A stretch of DNA of 64,000 bases, taken from NCBI GenBank assembly GCA_963676615.1, contig OY781092.1, forward strand, positions 544,001 to 608,000, given 5' to 3'. The position numbers and the translations under genes are program-made. The notes beneath the pieces were generated by a model. The model did no database searches and was not told where the DNA came from. It was given only the letters and a program-made list of their open reading frames with translations. The number at the start of each line of letters is the position of its first letter. The stretch's first letter is position 1. This document shows, in pieces, positions 59,628 to 64,000 of the stretch. Source of the stretch: Candidatus Cloacimonadota bacterium. GTDB taxonomy: Bacteria > Cloacimonadota > Cloacimonadia > G963667145.

Positions 59628-61043
59628 GTGAAGACGACGATAGGACTGGAAATTCATACGCAATTATTGACCGACAGCAAAGCTTTTTGCGGCTGTTCCA
59701 CGGAGTTTGGGCGCGAGCCAAACTCTAACACTTGCCCTGTTTGTTTGGGGCTTCCGGGAGCTTTGCCGAGGGTGAACAAAAAGCTGGTGGACAACGCCAT
59801 AATTTTGGGGCTTAGCCTAGGTTGTCAGATACGGGAAACCATTCAGTTTGCTCGAAAAAACTATTTTTATCCAGATTTGGCGAAAGGTTATCAGATTTCT
59901 CAGAGCGACAAGCCGATTTGCTTTGACGGTTTTTTGGTTTTGGATGACGGCAGTCGGATCGGAATCGAGCGCATTCATATGGAAGAGGACACCGCCAAAA
60001 GTATGCACGACGCGGCTTATGTGCCAGCCGATCGCAGCTATATTGATTTCAACAGAGCGGGCGTTCCGCTTTTGGAGATCGTTTCGCGCCCAGATTTGCA
60101 TTCGGGGCAGCAAGCGTATGATTATTTGCAAAAATTGAAGCAAATTCTCACTTACCTGAAAATTTCTGACGGCAATATGGCGCAAGGTTCGCTTCGTTGC
60201 GATGTGAATATTTCTATTAGCGAAACCGAAACTTTGGGAACGAAGGTGGAGATTAAAAATTTGAACTCCTTCAAAAATGTGCAAAAAGCTATCGAAATCG
60301 AAACCGAAATTCAAAAGCAGGCTCTTGCAAAGGGCGAGAAGATTTTGCAAGCGACAAAGACTCTGAACCCTGCGACAATGGAGCTGACGACGATGCGGAT
60401 AAAAGAGGGGAGCAGCGATTACCGCTATTTTAACGAGCCGGATATCCCGCAAATTCGCATAACTCCTGCGCATATTGAGTCGCTCAAAAGCAGCTTGGTT
60501 GAGCTGCCTGACGCCAAACGCAAAAGATTTGTGCAGCAGTATAAAATCACCAGCCAGGATGCGGTGGTTTTGGCGGATACCGAGCATATCGCCGACTATT
60601 ATGAAACCGCTTGCACTTTTGGCGACCCTAAAACGGTCTCCAATTTGATTCAGGCGGAACTTTTGGCGTATTTGAACAAAGAGGAGCTGGGGGTTTGCGA
60701 CTGCCTAATTTCGGCGCAGATGATGGGAGAGTTGGCAGATTTGGTGGCAAGCGGTGAGCTTAGCTCAAAAATGGCGAAAAAAGTTTTTGCGGAACTGGTC
60801 AAAAATCCACGCAGCCCGAAAAAGATTGTCGCTGAGCTTGGACTCGTGCAAATTTCGGACGATAAAGCGATTTTGGCGCTAATTGCGGAAGTTTTGCAAA
60901 AAAATCAGACGCAATTGGCAGATTATCGTGCAGGAAAAACGAAGTTGTTCGGTTTTTTTGTCGGGCAGTTGATGAAACTCTCCAAAGGGCAGGTAAATCC
61001 GCAAATCGCTAACAAACTGCTAAAGCAAGAGTTAGACGCCTAA
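59628..61043 (+). CDS. gatB: Asp/Glu-tRNA amidotransferase subunit B
   Basis: IGLEIH, RKNYFYPDL, HMEED, NRAGVPLLEIV, RCDVN, DYRYF.EPD. Confidence 0.97.
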   Translation: MKTTIGLEIHTQLLTDSKAFCGCSTEFGREPNSNTCPVCLGLPGALPRVNKKLVDNAIILGLSLGCQIRETIQFARKNYFYPDLAKGYQISQSDKPICFDGFLVLDDGSRIGIERIHMEEDTAKSMHDAAYVPADRSYIDFNRAGVPLLEIVSRPDLHSGQQAYDYLQKLKQILTYLKISDGNMAQGSLRCDVNISISETETLGTKVEIKNLNSFKNVQKAIEIETEIQKQALAKGEKILQATKTLNPATMELTTMRIKEGSSDYRYFNEPDIPQIRITPAHIESLKSSLVELPDAKRKRFVQQYKITSQDAVVLADTEHIADYYETACTFGDPKTVSNLIQAELLAYLNKEELGVCDCLISAQMMGELADLVASGELSSKMAKKVFAELVKNPRSPKKIVAELGLVQISDDKAILALIAEVLQKNQTQLADYRAGKTKLFGFFVGQLMKLSKGQVNPQIANKLLKQELDA

Positions 61044-61048
61044 AAAAA

Positions 61049-62278
61049 ATGTATTTGTATTTGATTTTGTCGCTGCTTTTGGCGAACTATATTTTGGATT
61101 TGATTTGTGATATTTCGACTTTCAAATGGCTCAATCACCCGATGCCGCAAGAGTTTTCCGATGTTTTTGACAGTGAGAAATACGAAAAAAGCCAAAAGTA
61201 TTCTCGTGTTGTGACAAGATTTGGGCTGTGGGAAAAAAGTTTCGATTTGCTCGTGATGGCGCTTTTTGTTGGCTGTGGTGGATTTTCGGCTCTAGATAGC
61301 TGGGTCAGAAGTTGGCAGCTTTCGATACCGTTTTCGGGAGCATTATTTTTGAGCGTGATTTTGCTGGTTTTTTTGCTTTTGAAGTTGCCGTTCAGCGCCT
61401 ATTCAACTTTTGTTATCGAAGCCAAATTCGGCTTCAACAAAACCACTTTTGGCACTTTCGTTTTGGATACGATAAAGGGGTTGCTACTGTCGCTTGTGCT
61501 TATCGGCGGTGTTTTTGCTTTGGCGATTTGGATTTTTGCTTCGCTCGGCGACTTGGCTTGGCTCTACGCTTGGATTGCGCTTGTTTTAATCAGTTTATTT
61601 CTCTCTTTTGTTGCGCCAGTTTTGATTTTGCCGCTATTCAATAAATTCTCGCCGCTTCCAGACGGAGAGCTAAAAGACGAAATTATCAGCTATATGGCTA
61701 AGCAAAAATTTAAGATTTCGGGGCTCTTCAAAATCGACGGCTCCAAAAGATCGACAAAAGCGAACGCCTATTTTACTGGACTTGGCAAAACCAAGCGGAT
61801 TGCGCTGTATGACACTTTGATTGAGCAGATGAGCAGCAAGCAAATCGTGGCGGTGCTGGCTCACGAAGTGGGGCATTGTGTGAAAGGTCATGTCAAAAAA
61901 ACGCTCGCTTTCAGCTTTGCCACAACAGGCGTGACGCTCTTTCTCTTTTCGTTTTTCGCCTACGATGCCAAACTTTATGCAGATTTTGGAGTCAGCAGTT
62001 CCAGCATCTATGTCGGGATGATTTTGTTCGGTCTGATTTTTATGCCGTTGTCGGTTGCTTTGGATATTTGTTCGGCATATTTTTCGCGGAAGCACGAATA
62101 CGAAGCCGATGCGTATAGCGCCAAAACGACGGGTTCTGCTCAGGAGCTTATCTCGGCTTTGAAAAATCTCTCGTCCAGTAATCTCAGCAATTTGACGCCT
62201 TCGCCGCTGAAAGTTTTTGTCAGCTACTCGCATCCGCCAGTTTTGCAACGAATCAGGGCGCTTAAAAAACTTCGATAG
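61049..62278 (+). CDS. M48 (Ste24-like) membrane zinc protease
   Basis: FGFNKTT, DGSKRS..ANAYF.G, HEVGH, EYEAD, SHPP. Confidence 0.92.
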   Translation: MYLYLILSLLLANYILDLICDISTFKWLNHPMPQEFSDVFDSEKYEKSQKYSRVVTRFGLWEKSFDLLVMALFVGCGGFSALDSWVRSWQLSIPFSGALFLSVILLVFLLLKLPFSAYSTFVIEAKFGFNKTTFGTFVLDTIKGLLLSLVLIGGVFALAIWIFASLGDLAWLYAWIALVLISLFLSFVAPVLILPLFNKFSPLPDGELKDEIISYMAKQKFKISGLFKIDGSKRSTKANAYFTGLGKTKRIALYDTLIEQMSSKQIVAVLAHEVGHCVKGHVKKTLAFSFATTGVTLFLFSFFAYDAKLYADFGVSSSSIYVGMILFGLIFMPLSVALDICSAYFSRKHEYEADAYSAKTTGSAQELISALKNLSSSNLSNLTPSPLKVFVSYSHPPVLQRIRALKKLR

Positions 62279-63316
62279 CCTCGCGTCGGAAAACGATTTT
62301 CACCTCATCGCCGATGCTGATGTGGCTGATGTCGTTCAGATCGTCTTGCGGAAGTTCAACCGCCAAATCAAACCCGCAATCGAGCAAAAAGATTTTTTTC
62401 GTGCTAGATTTTCGCACAAATTTTTTCACTTTCGCCCGAAAAACATTTACCGAGCCGATGTCGCTCAAATTGCTTTTGCTGAGCAAAATCTGATCTGCGG
62501 GCAAGCTAAGATAGATTTGCGTTCCAACTTCGGCAGGAAAAAATGGGATGTGAATTTGCTTTTGGGCAACTTGGATAACGCTAAAATCTTTTTTGGATCT
62601 TGCGCCAGCAGCGCTCCTTTGAGGAAATTCACAAAAGTTTTGCCGAGCTTAAAAATGTCGTCGGACGAGGTGATTTTCTCTTTTTTGTCGCACTTTACAA
62701 TTTTCCCAGCTTTGATAATAGCTATATTTTCCGCCAAAAATTCGGCTTCGCTGATGCTGTGGGTGACATACAAAATCGGGATTTTGATAGCGTTGTGGAT
62801 TTTTTTTAGGTAAACCAAAATTTTATCTTTTTGGCGTGGATCGATCGCCGAAATCGGCTCGTCCATCAAAAGCAGTTTGGGCTTGGTCAGCAAGGCTCTA
62901 GCGATAGAGACTCTTTGTTTTTCGCCACCAGAGAGGTTGTGTGTGCCACGGGTCAGTAGCGGCTGCAAATCCAAAATCTCCAAAAGCGATTTGAGTAAAT
63001 CTTCGTCGAGATTTTTGACTCCAAACAGCAAGTTTTTTTGCACATTTAGATGCGGAAATAGGTAGGAGTCTTGCATCACATAGCCGATATTTCGCTTTTC
63101 AGGCGGCAAAAAAATGTTTTGTTTTTGGCAATGCAGAAATTTTTCATCCAGTTTGATATAGCCAAAATCTGGCTGCAGAAATCCAGCAATTGCCGAGAGT
63201 GTCAGAGATTTGCCGTTGCCAGATTCGCCGAGCAAAACGGTAAATTCGTTGCCAAGTTTTAGATTTAGATCCAGCGCAAAATCGCCTAGCTTTTTTTTTA
63301 TCTGCACTTCAAGCAT
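62262..63316 (-). CDS. modC: Molybdate ABC ATPase ModC, split by a -1 frame change at 62588-62594
   Basis: GESGNGKS, LSGGEKQR, LMDEP, YVTH in frame 0 (stop at 62465); the TOBE-like C-terminus continues in the -1 frame to 62262; joined product 351 aa. Confidence 0.8.
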
Positions 63317-63983
63317 TTTTGAGCCCTTTTTTTTGGTAATATTCGCTCACCAAAAGCGCGATTAGCGAGATGAAAATCGAGACGAGGACGAGTCTGAAGC
63401 AGGCGAACTCTCCGTCCACCGAGTTGAAAAAGCTGAAAATCGCCATCGAAATTGTGGTCGTTTTGAACGGAATGTTGCCCGCGACCATAATCGTTGCGCC
63501 GAACTCTCCGATGCTTCTGGCGAAGCAAAGCACCGAACCAGAGATGATGCCTGATTTGGACATCGGCAAAATTACCCGAAAAAAAGTTGCCAGGCGATTT
63601 TTGCCGAGGCTTCGGCTGATATTTAGGTATCCCTCATCGATGGAGCTCATCGCCAGTTTGATTGGGCGCAGCATCAGCGGAAAGCTCACCACGCAAGACG
63701 CCATCACCGCTGCGGCTAGATTAAAAGTGAGGCTTACGCCGAATTTGTCGAGAAAGCTGCCGACGAGTGAGTTTTGGCTGAAAATAAAAAGCAAAATGTA
63801 GCCCGTGACTAGCGGCGGCAACACCAGTGGGAAGATAAGCACCGCCTCGATGAGCATTTTTCCTTTGAATTTGCATCTGGTTAAAAAGTGCGCTGTCAGC
63901 AGCACCAACGGCAAGTTGATAAGTGTGGCAAGGCAGGCGACCAGAAGCGAAAATTTTATGGCGAAAAATTCTATTGCTGTCAT
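63309..63983 (-). CDS. modB: Molybdate ABC permease ModB
   Basis: PLVLPPLVTGY, VVSFPLM, FARSIGEFGATIMVAGNIP. Confidence 0.93.
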   Translation of the reverse strand: MTAIEFFAIKFSLLVACLATLINLPLVLLTAHFLTRCKFKGKMLIEAVLIFPLVLPPLVTGYILLFIFSQNSLVGSFLDKFGVSLTFNLAAAVMASCVVSFPLMLRPIKLAMSSIDEGYLNISRSLGKNRLATFFRVILPMSKSGIISGSVLCFARSIGEFGATIMVAGNIPFKTTTISMAIFSFFNSVDGEFACFRLVLVSIFISLIALLVSEYYQKKGLKNA

Positions 63984-64000
63984 TTTTGGGGGGAAGTCTA

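Overview
64 kb of chromosome from a diderm bacterium (lpxH, rfaD, lnt, tonB-exbBD, outer-membrane barrel). It is probably an anaerobic amino-acid user (PPi-PFK, tryptophanase, PutP); Cloacimonadota is my tentative guess and is not demonstrated. Most of the window is housekeeping: infC-rpmI-rplT-pheST-zapA-6S-rny-ymdB-folD, xseB-ispA-dut, nadBAC, rnpB, recJ-lnt, atpDC, secDF, gatB, modBC and two tRNAs. The main candidate new system is a ~10.7 kb ectoine uptake and degradation locus (17412-28104). It has a TeaABC-like TRAP transporter and a clear DoeA/EutD ectoine hydrolase, but none of the usual downstream partners. In their place are an M20 amidohydrolase, a Dat-type DABA transaminase, a phosphorylating Asd, and an aspartokinase with a decayed regulatory region, plus an IclR regulator. 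This suggests ectoine fermentation with substrate-level ATP formation (inference). Other notable signals: (1) an integrase-free, AT-rich glycosyltransferase cassette bounded by a perfect 21-bp direct repeat of the yebC 3' end; (2) modC broken exactly at an in-frame A_AAA_AAG slippery heptamer ahead of its TOBE domain; (3) a CoaE-AroD-AroE triple fusion; (4) a hairpin-dense intergenic element upstream of infC; (5) a DUF1566 gene end resembling a DGR variable region; (6) promoters with perfect TTGACA but no TATAAT; (7) strong apparent ACGT/GTAC avoidance. All assignments come from motif recognition by eye; no searches or folding programs were run.
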